NCBI GenBank assembly: GCA_035530195.1 | Contig: DATKVG010000043.1 | Span: 1,375-65,374 of the forward strand | Reading direction: 5' to 3' | Source of the DNA: Candidatus Bathyarchaeia archaeon | Lineage (GTDB): Bacteria; Hydrogenedentota; Hydrogenedentia; Hydrogenedentales; SLHB01 | Length of the DNA stretch: 64,000 nt | Shown: in pieces, positions 52,827 to 62,650 of the stretch | Layout: the number at the start of each line of letters is the position of its first letter | Numbering within the stretch: position 1 is the first letter of the stretch | Translations under genes and position numbers: made by a program | Notes under the pieces: model-generated | What the model was told of the DNA's origin: nothing | The model's database searches: none | Seen by the model: only the letters and a program-made list of their open reading frames with translations

Positions 52827-55277
52827 ATGAAACGCCTGTTGACGAAACTGAACCGGTGGGCCTTGGTTTGCGGCGTCGCCGTGATCCTGGCCTCGGCCGT
52901 TGGGAGCGCGGCGCCGGCTCAACAGACCGTTGACCTCGCCGCCGCCACGGTCGTGACCCGCGCCGGCCAACTTCCGAAGGCCGAGCAGACGGCCGCGCTC
53001 GTGCTGGTTGAGGAACTGGAAAAGCGCATAGGCAAGCGCCTGCCGGTCTCAACGGCGTGGCCGGAAGAGGGTCTTGCCGTGGTGGTGACCGCGGGAGGAA
53101 TGGATCCGGTCTCGGGCCATCCCGTACCGAACCGGGAAGCCGGTGACCGGCCCGAGATGCGGCCCGAGGGCTACCGGGTCTTGGCCGAGGATGGCAAGAC
53201 GGTATGGGTCGTGGGCGCCGACCCGCGCGGTGCCCTGTTTGGCGTGGGACGCCTGCTTCGCAGCATCGAGTGGGCCAGGGGCGCCGCGAGCATATCTGCG
53301 TCTCTTGACGTAGCCATGGCGCCGGCGTATGCGATTCGCGGCCACCAACTCGGCTATCGCGCCCGCGCAAATTCTTATGATGGTTGGGATGAAAAGCAGT
53401 TTGAGCAGTACATCCGCGAATTGGTTATCTTCGGATCGAACAGCATCGAGAACATCCCCTTCCAGGATACGCAGATAAGCCCACACTGGCCGGTGCCGCG
53501 AGACATAATGAACTCGAAGATGAGTGAAATCTGTGACCGCTACGATGTGGACTATTGGGTTTGGGCTCCAGCCACCTTCGATCTCAACGACCAGAAGCTA
53601 CGGGACGAAGAACTGCAATTGCACGAGAAATTCTATCGCGAATGCCCGCGGTTGAATGGCGTCTTCTTCCCGGGCGGCGATCCCGGAAAGAACCCGCCCG
53701 AGCTTGTCCTGCCGTTCCTCGAAGACCTGTCGAAAATCCTGGCGAAGTATCACCCCGAGGGAAAAATATGGATGTCGACGCAAGGGTTTGGCGGCAAGAA
53801 ACTGAATTATGTCGTCAAATACCTCGAAGAGAAAGAGCCCGCGTGGCTTGGCGGCATTGTGGCGGGGCCACAGACCATTGATCCGCCCGCGCTGCGTGCC
53901 CGCATCCCTAAACGCTATCCGCTGCGGGACTATCCGGACCTCACCCACACAGTCCGCTGTCAATATCCCGTGCCATGGTGGGACCCTGCGTTCAATTTCA
54001 CGTTAGGCCGCGAGTGCTGTAACCCGCGTCCGCTATTCTACACACTCGTTCATCGGCAAATGGCCCCCGGCACCGTCGGTTTCATCAGCTATTCGGACGG
54101 CTGCCACGACGACGTCAACAAAACCATTTGGAATGTCTTAGGCGTCGATCCCATCGCCGACCCCCGCGACATTCTCATCGAGTATTCACGGTTTTTCTTT
54201 GGCCCGGATGTGGCCGAGCCCGCAGCCGACGGCATCATGGCACTCGAAAAGAACTGGGTCGGCCCACTTATTACCAACTCGACCGTCGACTCGACGCTGG
54301 CCCTCTGGCAGCAATTCGAGAACAAGAAGCCGGAGTTGAAGGGCAACTGGCGTTGGCAACTCTGCCTGTTGCGCGCCTATTACGATGCCTACATCCGGCA
54401 TCGCCAGATGTATGAACTCAAGCTCGAGGATGAGGCGAACCACATCATGGCGCAGGCCGGGACGCGCGGCGCCGATGCGACCATGGATGCCGCACTCGAT
54501 GTTCTCAAGAAAGCGGAAACCCAACTCTGCCGCAAAGATCTGCGCGACCGGGTCGACCAGCTCTGTCAAGATCTTTTCGACTCGATCAAGCTGCAGACAA
54601 GCGTGAAGCGCTTTCAAGCCAGCGAAACCGAACGCGGTTGCGTGCTCGATTTCGTCGACTATCCGCTGAACAACAGATGGTGGCTCGAGGACGAGTTCGC
54701 CAAAATCCGCAAAATGCCGGCGGAACAGGAGAAGGTCGCCCGGCTCGACGTGCTCGCCCATTGGGAGCACCCCGGGCCCGGCAGTTACTATGACGACATC
54801 GGCGATTTGTCGAAATCGCCCCACTTGGTGCGCGGACCTGAGCTGAACACGGATCCGCTGATCCCGTTACACGAAACCGGCTTTCCCGGGTTCGTTTGGG
54901 ACCAGGGCGGTTACAGCCGCCTACGACTGTCGTGGCAAGGCGGCATGAGACCGGAACAGATGATTTATGAAAACATCGATCCCGCCGGCCAATATACGAT
55001 TCGCATAAACGGGAGCGTCGCTCAGTTGTATGTGAACCGGGAAAAAGTGGAGCCGGCCACCCGCCCGCAGACTTCCCAGCCGGTTACAGAAACGCCACGC
55101 GTTGAGCGGGCTCCGCGCCAAAGGTTCACGCCGCGGTTTAAAGAGTTCCCGATACCACAGGATCTGTTAAAGGACCGCAGGATTGTCGTCGATTGGAGCG
55201 ACCCTAACAAACCCCCCGCGGCCGGGATGCGCTTTGGATCCTCGGCCACCGAAATCTGGTTGTTGAAAAAGCAGTGA
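52827..55277 (+). CDS. Secreted GH-like protein (paralog 2 of 4)
   Basis: The ATG at 52827 opens a signal peptide. EGYRVLAEDGKTVWVVGADPRGALFGVGRLLR...PAYAIRGHQLGYRARANSYDGWDEKQFEQYIRELVIFGSNSIENIPF. It is collinear with the 57996-60401 protein along its full length. Confidence 0.6.
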   Translation: MKRLLTKLNRWALVCGVAVILASAVGSAAPAQQTVDLAAATVVTRAGQLPKAEQTAALVLVEELEKRIGKRLPVSTAWPEEGLAVVVTAGGMDPVSGHPVPNREAGDRPEMRPEGYRVLAEDGKTVWVVGADPRGALFGVGRLLRSIEWARGAASISASLDVAMAPAYAIRGHQLGYRARANSYDGWDEKQFEQYIRELVIFGSNSIENIPFQDTQISPHWPVPRDIMNSKMSEICDRYDVDYWVWAPATFDLNDQKLRDEELQLHEKFYRECPRLNGVFFPGGDPGKNPPELVLPFLEDLSKILAKYHPEGKIWMSTQGFGGKKLNYVVKYLEEKEPAWLGGIVAGPQTIDPPALRARIPKRYPLRDYPDLTHTVRCQYPVPWWDPAFNFTLGRECCNPRPLFYTLVHRQMAPGTVGFISYSDGCHDDVNKTIWNVLGVDPIADPRDILIEYSRFFFGPDVAEPAADGIMALEKNWVGPLITNSTVDSTLALWQQFENKKPELKGNWRWQLCLLRAYYDAYIRHRQMYELKLEDEANHIMAQAGTRGADATMDAALDVLKKAETQLCRKDLRDRVDQLCQDLFDSIKLQTSVKRFQASETERGCVLDFVDYPLNNRWWLEDEFAKIRKMPAEQEKVARLDVLAHWEHPGPGSYYDDIGDLSKSPHLVRGPELNTDPLIPLHETGFPGFVWDQGGYSRLRLSWQGGMRPEQMIYENIDPAGQYTIRINGSVAQLYVNREKVEPATRPQTSQPVTETPRVERAPRQRFTPRFKEFPIPQDLLKDRRIVVDWSDPNKPPAAGMRFGSSATEIWLLKKQ

Positions 55278-55284
55278 GCCCGAA

Positions 55285-57816
55285 TCAGGGGCGCGCGGTC
55301 CAGGGCATGTTGTCTTTTTGCATCAGCCAAATCTCGTACAGGCCGGTGATGGGCATGAAACCCGGCTTGGACGTCAGGGCGATGTTGAGTTTGCCGTCTT
55401 GGGTGAGTGGCAGCGGTATGTCGAATTCATGGAACGCGGTTTCGCCCATCGGCACGCTGAACCCATCGCTGATCGTCTCGCCGTCTGCCTCGAGGCCTTC
55501 CTCCAATTTCATCTCGCGGAGTGCGGGCTGATCCAGCTCGAAATGGGCGCCTACTGAAACGCGCACCACGTACTGCACGCCTGGATCGAGGCCGTCGTAG
55601 GCAAAGCTGACGCCCGGGCTGCCCCTGGTATAGGTGAGGTTGTAGTGGGAGTGTTTTGCGGGGCCGGCAAACGGCATGAAGGCCCAGAGGGTCTCTCCGT
55701 GAGTCAGGTGTTTGGACTCGGACGGCCAGCCGACATCGTCGTAGAACCCGCCCGCGCCGGGATCCTCGTATTTCAGCAGTTTGTTAATGGCGTTGCGGAT
55801 CGACGCCCTATTGCCGCCGGCCTTTGCTTCCTCCAGCACTTTTTTCCACCAGCCGACTTCCGATAGGTCAAGTGTTGCCACGATGAACGGGGCCGGCTCG
55901 CGGTAACCGATAGTCGTATTGGATTCTTCGCCGCGTGCCATGGCCTCGTCCATGACGGCCTTCATCTCGGGTGTCTCGAACGGTTGATTGAATATTTCGA
56001 GCGCCTTGTCCACCGCGGCGGCCAACTCGGCATCGGCGGAGGCAGACGTCAATACGGCCTCGGCCTGCCGCTCCAACTCACGCCCGCGCTCGAGGTCCAA
56101 CTGGATGTATCGGTCCATGAGGGCCTTCTCCATGATGATGCGCCAACGGTAATCGTCCTTGAGAAGGTTTTCGGGTATTTTCTGCCCCGCGGAACGCAGA
56201 AGCTCGACCGCCCTGGCGATCCCGGGATTGTCCATGACGGGTTTCTCGAGCGTCTCTTCCATCAGGAAGATGGCCTCGGCGATTTCATCCTGGGCCTCGG
56301 GCCCAAACCAGTACCGGCAATACTCTTTGGTGAGGGTCTCTGCATCCTGGCGCGGATCCCAAAGCATCCGGTACCAGAACCACTTGTTGAAATCGTCGTG
56401 CATTCCTTCGGAGTAGTGCATGTCGCCGATCGAATAATGCAGGATCTCGGTGGCCACCTTGTGAAAATTCCGCGGGCGCGCGTTCCACGACCGCCGGTCG
56501 TAAACGGCGGCAAGCGCGATGTCGGGTTTCGCAACGGCGAACTGCGCCTGCATCCAGTGTGTGATGTCCGTATACAAGGCGATGTTCGTGGTTCGCGGCA
56601 ACTCGTGGTGCATGAACTTCAGGTAGTTGCCCAGCGGGCCGAACCCTTCGTATTCGAACCATCGCGGGTTGACGGGACCGCGAATGTAGGTTTGCATCTC
56701 GTCGGCTCCCGGACCGTACCGGATCGCGTACAACCAGCTCGAGTCCCCGCTGTTGAGGTAGTCCATGATGGCCTGATCGCCCTCGTTGGTCAGGTCCTGG
56801 TTGGTGGCGAGCACCTTGGTGTTCGGATGATACTTGTGCAGGATGTCGGCAATGTCATGCACAAGCGCAATGTACTTGTCGCCCCACGGCATGCACTTCT
56901 CGCAGCGGCATCCGCCCTCGTCACCCGAGTTGGTGGTGAAAAAATCGTAGTCGGGGCAGTTCTTGAATTGCTCGTCAAACGACTCGAGCAGCGCCTTCCG
57001 CGCCTCCGGCACCGACGGGCAGACGTACTTGGGCGAGCGGCCACCGTCGGCTCTCCATTCCGCGGGAAAACCCGCCGGCATCTCGTTGGCCGTACGGCCA
57101 AAGCAGGTGAGCATCCCATAAGCGGCCATCTCGGCAGGGTCGCCTTCGTAGACGTTTGTGCCCAGCAACATCAGGTCTTCCATAACTTCGTGATGCTCAT
57201 CGGTTGTCTGCGGCCGCAGATTGCCCAGATCCCTGGCGCGGCTGCCCGGGCCCGTGGGCCGGCCGCCCCGGAGCAAGAACGCCGGTTTTTGCACGGCATC
57301 GATGGGCGGAATGACTACAGCATCCGGCAAAAACGTCATTGCCCGCAGCAGGTGACCCACGCCGTACAACGTGCCGCGCTCGTCAACACCCGCTACGACC
57401 ACGTAATGGGTCGCCCCGACCTTGCCGCCTTTGACCGCGAAACCTTCGGGGTGCGCCGTATCCGAGTTGGGAAGTGTGGGCAGGGCCATCTCCAGATCGC
57501 CGATGAGGGTTGCCGCCAACTCATTGCGCGACGGGACGCCAACGACCACAACCACATCCGCGCCCGCGATCATCTTGCCAACATCCGGGGCGTCTTCCTT
57601 CACCACGTCAACCGCCACCGCGCTGCGCTTGATCACGCGGCTCCTGAAGATTTCGCCGGCCCTCAGTTCAGGCGGTCCGGCTTGCCGGCCTGTGACGATG
57701 GCCAGGCGTTTTGCCTTCAACACCGGCGCGCCGGCAGCGTCTTGCCCGGAAGCCCCAACGCCGATCGCGCAAATACACACAACCAGTACGAGCAGTCGAA
57801 TCGCGGAGTACCTCAT
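55285..57816 (-). CDS. Secreted GH-like protein (paralog 3 of 4, more divergent)
   Basis: Signal peptide MRYSAIRLLVLVVCICAIGVGASG. EGFAVKGGKVGATHYVVVAGVDERGTLYGVGHLLR matches the same N-domain pattern. Convergent with the previous gene across an 8-nt gap. Confidence 0.55.
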   Translation of the reverse strand: MRYSAIRLLVLVVCICAIGVGASGQDAAGAPVLKAKRLAIVTGRQAGPPELRAGEIFRSRVIKRSAVAVDVVKEDAPDVGKMIAGADVVVVVGVPSRNELAATLIGDLEMALPTLPNSDTAHPEGFAVKGGKVGATHYVVVAGVDERGTLYGVGHLLRAMTFLPDAVVIPPIDAVQKPAFLLRGGRPTGPGSRARDLGNLRPQTTDEHHEVMEDLMLLGTNVYEGDPAEMAAYGMLTCFGRTANEMPAGFPAEWRADGGRSPKYVCPSVPEARKALLESFDEQFKNCPDYDFFTTNSGDEGGCRCEKCMPWGDKYIALVHDIADILHKYHPNTKVLATNQDLTNEGDQAIMDYLNSGDSSWLYAIRYGPGADEMQTYIRGPVNPRWFEYEGFGPLGNYLKFMHHELPRTTNIALYTDITHWMQAQFAVAKPDIALAAVYDRRSWNARPRNFHKVATEILHYSIGDMHYSEGMHDDFNKWFWYRMLWDPRQDAETLTKEYCRYWFGPEAQDEIAEAIFLMEETLEKPVMDNPGIARAVELLRSAGQKIPENLLKDDYRWRIIMEKALMDRYIQLDLERGRELERQAEAVLTSASADAELAAAVDKALEIFNQPFETPEMKAVMDEAMARGEESNTTIGYREPAPFIVATLDLSEVGWWKKVLEEAKAGGNRASIRNAINKLLKYEDPGAGGFYDDVGWPSESKHLTHGETLWAFMPFAGPAKHSHYNLTYTRGSPGVSFAYDGLDPGVQYVVRVSVGAHFELDQPALREMKLEEGLEADGETISDGFSVPMGETAFHEFDIPLPLTQDGKLNIALTSKPGFMPITGLYEIWLMQKDNMPWTARP

Positions 57817-57876
57817 TGCTGCTGCCTTTCACCGAATAAGCCCTGCGGCGGGCGCCATCCCAACGAAAGTCCAAGC

Positions 57877-57885
57877 ATAATACCA
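57877..57885 (-). promoter_or_regulatory. Possible extended -10 element (TGGTATTAT) for the 55285-57816 gene
   Basis: The reverse complement of 57877-57885 reads TGGTATTAT, ~60 nt upstream of the ATG at 57816. No convincing -35 element was found. Confidence 0.25.
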
Positions 57886-57995
57886 TACCCGGGACGCGCA
57901 GGGGCGAGAGATAACGGACCGCGGAAGAGCATACTGCCGGCGGGAAGCAAAAGAGTCTGGCAACCTGTGGCAAGAATCGTCGCGGGCTGCCGAAA

Positions 57996-60401
57996 TCACT
58001 CCTTGAACAGCCACACCTCCGCCAGCCGCGAATGCTGCCGCCAGTTCAGGTGCCTTTCGTCGGTGGGCTGGTCCCAGGTCAGCACAAGCTTGCGGTCCTG
58101 GATATGTTTGGCGGGTACGGCGAAGTCCTGGGTTTGGCCCATTTCCACCCGGTCGGCGGGGGCGTCTGCCGCTTCCCCGTCCATACGCAGCAGGAACTTG
58201 CCATAGCCGCCGCAGCGCACCGTGTAGCGGGCGTCGGGATCCAAGCCTTCGTAGACCACGGCCTCGGGATAGTTCATGCTGACTTGCCACGAGAGGCGGG
58301 CACGGCTCATGCCTTCATTCCACCACCAGAGGACAGGTTCGGGATGGGCCTCTTCACCGGGTTCGGTAAACACGAATGGGCTGCGCTTCACATGGGGCGA
58401 GTTGGCCGGATTTCCCACGTCGTCATAGTAGCTCCCAAGGCCGGGGTTCTCCCAGCGGGCGATGACGGAGAGACGGGCGGTTTTTTCCTCTTCCGAAGCC
58501 ATGGCGCGAACCTTTTCGAATTCGTCTTCCAGCCACCACCGGTTGTTCAGGGGGTAGTCCACAAAATCGAGGAACGCCCCACGTTCCGCGCCGCTGGCAA
58601 AGTATTTCGGGACGCTCGACTGCAGTCCAATGGAATGGAACAACTCTTCGCAGAGTTCCTCGATGCGCGCGCGCAACTCCGGGCTGACGGGACGGGTGAC
58701 GTAGCGGTTCAGCACCGCCATCGCCTCGGTCATGGCCGCATCGGCGCCCACGCGGTCCGCCTGCGCCAAGATAGCGTTGGCTTCTTCTTCGAGGCGCGTT
58801 TCGTGGATCAGCCTATGGCGGATATAGGTGTCGTAGTAGGCGCGTACGAGGCACATCTGCCAGCGCCAATTGTCTTTGAGGTGGGGCGTTTGTTTTTCAA
58901 GTTGCTGCCAATGCAGCAGCGTGCCCTCGACCCCGCCATTCTCCCGCAGCGGGCCGGTCCAATTATTCTCGAGTGCGAAAATGCCGTCGGTGGCCTCCTC
59001 CGCGATGCGCGGATCGAAAAACACCCGGCCGTATTGGTTCAAGATGTTGCGCAGCGGCATGGTTGGATCCCAGCTCAAGGCGCTCCAGACCGTCTTGTTC
59101 ACGTCGTCGTGGACGCCGTCGGAGTAGGAAATGAAGCCGTCGCTGTAGGCCGCAAACCAGTTGTGAATGTAGGCGTAATGCACGGGCCGGGGATTGATGG
59201 CCTCGCGGCCGAGGGTGAGTGCCAGCGCCTGATCCCACCAGGGCACCGGATACTGGCAGATCTTGTTGTGGGTGATGTCGGGGTAGAGGCGGTACTTGTA
59301 CTTTTTGGGAAGGATGCCCCGTGTGAGCGGGACGGGGGGCGCAGAGGGCCCGGCGACAAGCCCGCCCAGCCAGTCTGGCGACTCCGTTTTCAGATACGCG
59401 ATGACATATTCGATTTCTTCCCGATTGAAATGCTGGAGCGACAGCCACACCCGTGCCTCCGGATGAATTGGCAGCAGGCGTTTGGCGACGTCCTCGAGGA
59501 ACGGGATAACAAGTTGCGCGGGATTGTCGCCGGGGTCGCCGCCGGGGAAAAATACGCCCGTGAGTTCCTTGCAGTCGCGGTAGAGTTCCTCGTGCTTATC
59601 GAGGGCCTTGGCCCGTGCCTCGGCATCCTTAAGGTCAAAGTCCGCCGGCGTCCACACCCAATAGGCCAGACCATAGCGGTCGCAGATTTCGCTCATCCGC
59701 CGGTTCATTTCCCGGCGGTCGACTTTCATGACAGGCGTGGTCCGGCTGTCGTGGAATGGGATGTTTTCAACGCTATTGACGCCAAAAAATGTGAGTTCAC
59801 GAATGTATTGATCAAACTGTTCCGGTGTCCAGGCATCCCAGGAATTGGCCTGCGGGCGGAACCCGAGTTGATGGCCCCGAATGGGATAGGCCGGGGCAGT
59901 GGCGATGTCCAGCGCCGTGCTGATCCGGGCGCGGCCCATGCCCCAATCCAGATGGCGCAGCAAAGCCCCCACACCATACAAAACCCCGCGGGCATCCGCG
60001 CCAAGCACCCAAACCACGGACGACGGGGACTCGCTCAGATCGACATAAAGCCGATAGCCTTCCGGTTGCCGCTCGGGAAGGCCGACGCCCTCACGCATGG
60101 GCGCCGCGCGCCCCCAGGCCGGCGCTTTCGCCGTGGAACCGATGGCGATCACCGGTTGTTTCTCCGGCCACGCCGCGCTTGTGGTCAGCCGAATTCCTGT
60201 GCGTTTCTGAACTTCCTCAATCAGCACCTCGGCTGCTGCGCGCTCCGCATTCTCCAATTCACCGGGGTGCGTTACCACCACCGCGCCGCTCAGGTCAAGT
60301 TGGTCGGCGGCTTGTGCGCCGATGCTCAGTGCCAGTGTGCATAAAAGCATGCCCAGCGCTACGCCGATACGCAAGAAACCGGTGAGTGTTTTTCTTATCA
60401 T
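57996..60401 (-). CDS. Secreted GH-like protein (paralog 4 of 4, closest to 52827-55277)
   Basis: The ATG at 60401 opens the signal MIRKTLTGFLRIGVALGMLLCTLALSIGAQA. EGYRLYVDLSESPSSVVWVLGADARGVLYGVGALLR...PAYPIRGHQLGFRPQANSWDAWTPEQFDQYIRELTFFGVNSVENIPF. Confidence 0.6.
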   Translation of the reverse strand: MIRKTLTGFLRIGVALGMLLCTLALSIGAQAADQLDLSGAVVVTHPGELENAERAAAEVLIEEVQKRTGIRLTTSAAWPEKQPVIAIGSTAKAPAWGRAAPMREGVGLPERQPEGYRLYVDLSESPSSVVWVLGADARGVLYGVGALLRHLDWGMGRARISTALDIATAPAYPIRGHQLGFRPQANSWDAWTPEQFDQYIRELTFFGVNSVENIPFHDSRTTPVMKVDRREMNRRMSEICDRYGLAYWVWTPADFDLKDAEARAKALDKHEELYRDCKELTGVFFPGGDPGDNPAQLVIPFLEDVAKRLLPIHPEARVWLSLQHFNREEIEYVIAYLKTESPDWLGGLVAGPSAPPVPLTRGILPKKYKYRLYPDITHNKICQYPVPWWDQALALTLGREAINPRPVHYAYIHNWFAAYSDGFISYSDGVHDDVNKTVWSALSWDPTMPLRNILNQYGRVFFDPRIAEEATDGIFALENNWTGPLRENGGVEGTLLHWQQLEKQTPHLKDNWRWQMCLVRAYYDTYIRHRLIHETRLEEEANAILAQADRVGADAAMTEAMAVLNRYVTRPVSPELRARIEELCEELFHSIGLQSSVPKYFASGAERGAFLDFVDYPLNNRWWLEDEFEKVRAMASEEEKTARLSVIARWENPGLGSYYDDVGNPANSPHVKRSPFVFTEPGEEAHPEPVLWWWNEGMSRARLSWQVSMNYPEAVVYEGLDPDARYTVRCGGYGKFLLRMDGEAADAPADRVEMGQTQDFAVPAKHIQDRKLVLTWDQPTDERHLNWRQHSRLAEVWLFKE

Positions 60402-60505
60402 GGTTCTGCCTTTCTGGATACGATTTATGCCACCACGCCCAATCATTGTTTTCGCATTTTTGGCGGCGGTTTTCAACTTCTTTTGCAGATCCGTCAGACG
60501 ACGCG

Positions 60506-62497
60506 CTACGGCGTCAATTCAAAGAGCACAAAACTTTTCGGAGGAATGCTGAAGGACCACGCAAGTGTTTCCCCCGTCTTGTCAAAGTCAATGACGGCGC
60601 CTTCGCTCCATCCTTCCCAGGTTCCGCGAGCCGCGATACGGCCGCAGGTGAAACCGTCGGGGTTCCGCAGGGTAGCGTCGCGGCGATAGTCCATGTCGCC
60701 ATGGTTCATCACCAGGAGCATGGCCGAGCCATCGGACTTCTTGTTGTAGATGTGTTCCAGGCTGGTCCACGGCGCGAATTCGAGGCCGTCGCCAATATGG
60801 TCTTCCAGCGTGTGCAAGAAGTAGTAGAGCATATTCGAGTAGAGGAACGGCTCTGGGCCACGGCGCTGCCCGTCGCTGCCGACCATGTTCAGGGCGGTAA
60901 CGAAGAAGACGCGCCCGGCGCCGCGTCGGTTCTCGATTATGTAGGGCGCATCATTCATGCGCGCCACCACCCGGCCTGAGGTCAATTTAACCGAGTGAAT
61001 CCAATGGTCCTGCCATTCCTCACGCCTTCCGGCTGCCGCGTATCCTTCGATGGCATCCAGTTCTGTGGCGGGCCGGTCAAAGTGCATCACGTTGTCGTCC
61101 AGCGCATCCAACAAACAGCCGATAAGGGGCTCGGCCACATCGGCGGGCATCAGGTTCTCGTGCTCATCGAGGAACAGGGTGTCGCTGCAGACCAGGATGC
61201 CGCCGTTTTCGACATACGTCTTTAGCGTTTCCTGAATGGACGGGGTCATGCGGTGATAGCCCAGGGCCACAAGCGCTTTGTAGCGGGTGTATTTTTCTGC
61301 CGCCAGATTGTCCGGCACCATGTCGAGGGTTCCCAAGGGACTTTCCGCGAGAAAGCCGGGATACTCGGGATCCCAAGCGCACCGCTCGAAACCTGGATAA
61401 AACACGTCGAGCGTTTTCAGAGAGAGGTCCGCGTCGCGTGTCTGCATGAATGTGTGGCGGATGCCGTCGAAGAGGCCCGTGGCCCGCACGTCACCGACCC
61501 GCCAACCAACACCGGGCCATCCGTTCTCGTGCCCCATGAGAATGGCGACGGGAGTCATGGTCTCGCCGCGCGGCCCTATCCGCCGTGTGACGGAATACAG
61601 GCTTTTCAATGCGCGGCCCCAGGGAAGCAACGGGCCCGGCGCCTCGTTACCGGCATGGAAGAGACTTTCTTCGGGGTAGGCGGCCCAATCCACCTCAAGT
61701 TGCACGAAATCCGCACCGCCCATGGCAGCGCCAAGGAGGCTGGTGAAAAAGCACCATGGCGTGTGGCCTTCCCGGGGAGACACCTGTTTGCCCACGTTGC
61801 CCCGGGGCGACCACCAGGTCGAATGGTCAATCATCCAACGCTTGCCGTACGCGCGGGCTGTCCCGCGATTCGAGGCCAGCATCATGTTTACATTGGGAAT
61901 GTTTTCGCCGACTTCGCTACAGATGATATCCACGCCCGCCTCGGCGAAAAGCGGGTGATACAGCGCGGCCGAACTGTGCCCGGCCTGGACGCCAAGTGTT
62001 TGGTGAACGTCTCCCATCAGCGCCTTCACACGCCCGGCCAACGCCTCCTTCACTTTCGGGCGCGTGGGATTCTCATAGACCACCTTGGGCAAGTAGCCTT
62101 CGGGTTTGAGCCCCATGGTGTCCATTTCGCCCCAGTGAATTCCGAGAAAGAGATCGCCGGCAATGGCCTGGTACCGCTCAAAATCCCCCCGCTCATGCCG
62201 CCATTCGCCCGCCTTGAATGACTCTTGAACCAGGAAATGAACGCCCTGTTCCTTGAGATAATGCGCCACCCGCTCCCGGTCATTCCTGTCCAGAGAGTAA
62301 TCGAGAAGCAGCACGTAATCCGCCATGTCCGCCTCGACGAAGGCTCGAAGGTGGCGCAGATAAGTCTCTTCGGGCACGCCTTTCTGGAGATGCAACTGTG
62401 CGCCCACATGACATACCCCGTCTTCCTCGCTCCAAGCTTGCGCGAATACGGTGGCCAGTAACAGTCCAAGGAAGAAGATACGGCTGACCCTGCTCAT
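60506..62497 (-). CDS. Secreted hypothetical protein, possible glycoside hydrolase
   Basis: The ATG at 62497 is preceded by GGAGGAG and opens the signal peptide MSRVSRIFFLGLLLATVFAQA. The function is inferred only from its context within the GH-like cluster. Confidence 0.45.
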   Translation of the reverse strand: MSRVSRIFFLGLLLATVFAQAWSEEDGVCHVGAQLHLQKGVPEETYLRHLRAFVEADMADYVLLLDYSLDRNDRERVAHYLKEQGVHFLVQESFKAGEWRHERGDFERYQAIAGDLFLGIHWGEMDTMGLKPEGYLPKVVYENPTRPKVKEALAGRVKALMGDVHQTLGVQAGHSSAALYHPLFAEAGVDIICSEVGENIPNVNMMLASNRGTARAYGKRWMIDHSTWWSPRGNVGKQVSPREGHTPWCFFTSLLGAAMGGADFVQLEVDWAAYPEESLFHAGNEAPGPLLPWGRALKSLYSVTRRIGPRGETMTPVAILMGHENGWPGVGWRVGDVRATGLFDGIRHTFMQTRDADLSLKTLDVFYPGFERCAWDPEYPGFLAESPLGTLDMVPDNLAAEKYTRYKALVALGYHRMTPSIQETLKTYVENGGILVCSDTLFLDEHENLMPADVAEPLIGCLLDALDDNVMHFDRPATELDAIEGYAAAGRREEWQDHWIHSVKLTSGRVVARMNDAPYIIENRRGAGRVFFVTALNMVGSDGQRRGPEPFLYSNMLYYFLHTLEDHIGDGLEFAPWTSLEHIYNKKSDGSAMLLVMNHGDMDYRRDATLRNPDGFTCGRIAARGTWEGWSEGAVIDFDKTGETLAWSFSIPPKSFVLFELTP

Positions 62498-62650
62498 GAA
62501 TCTCCTCCCCGGTTGATTGTTGAAGCCGTAGCCGGAAAAGTTGCGCAGGCGGTGGCCGGCAGAAGAAACACACGAGCTCGTGCCGTCATGAGGCATTCTC
62601 CAAGAAAGCCGCGGGGCATAAACTCTTTCCGCGCACCAATGCGCTGGAGG

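Noticed and set aside
54089-54346. 85-aa antisense ORF resembling another antisense ORF at 58870-59127 (..FSSA.MPS.A.S...G.K....Y......SG..GS......QMVL.TSSW.PSE)
   Set aside because: The similarity is a by-product of the sense-strand paralogy between 52827-55277 and 57996-60401. The same protein segment is conserved, so its antisense frame is conserved too. It is not independent evidence for an overlapping gene.
55984-60344. Two very long plus-strand ORFs (55984-58206 and 58032-60344)
   Set aside because: They are antisense to the two minus-strand GH-like paralogs, both of which have signal peptides and mutually conserved sequence. The plus-strand translations are Arg/Pro/His/Gly-rich.
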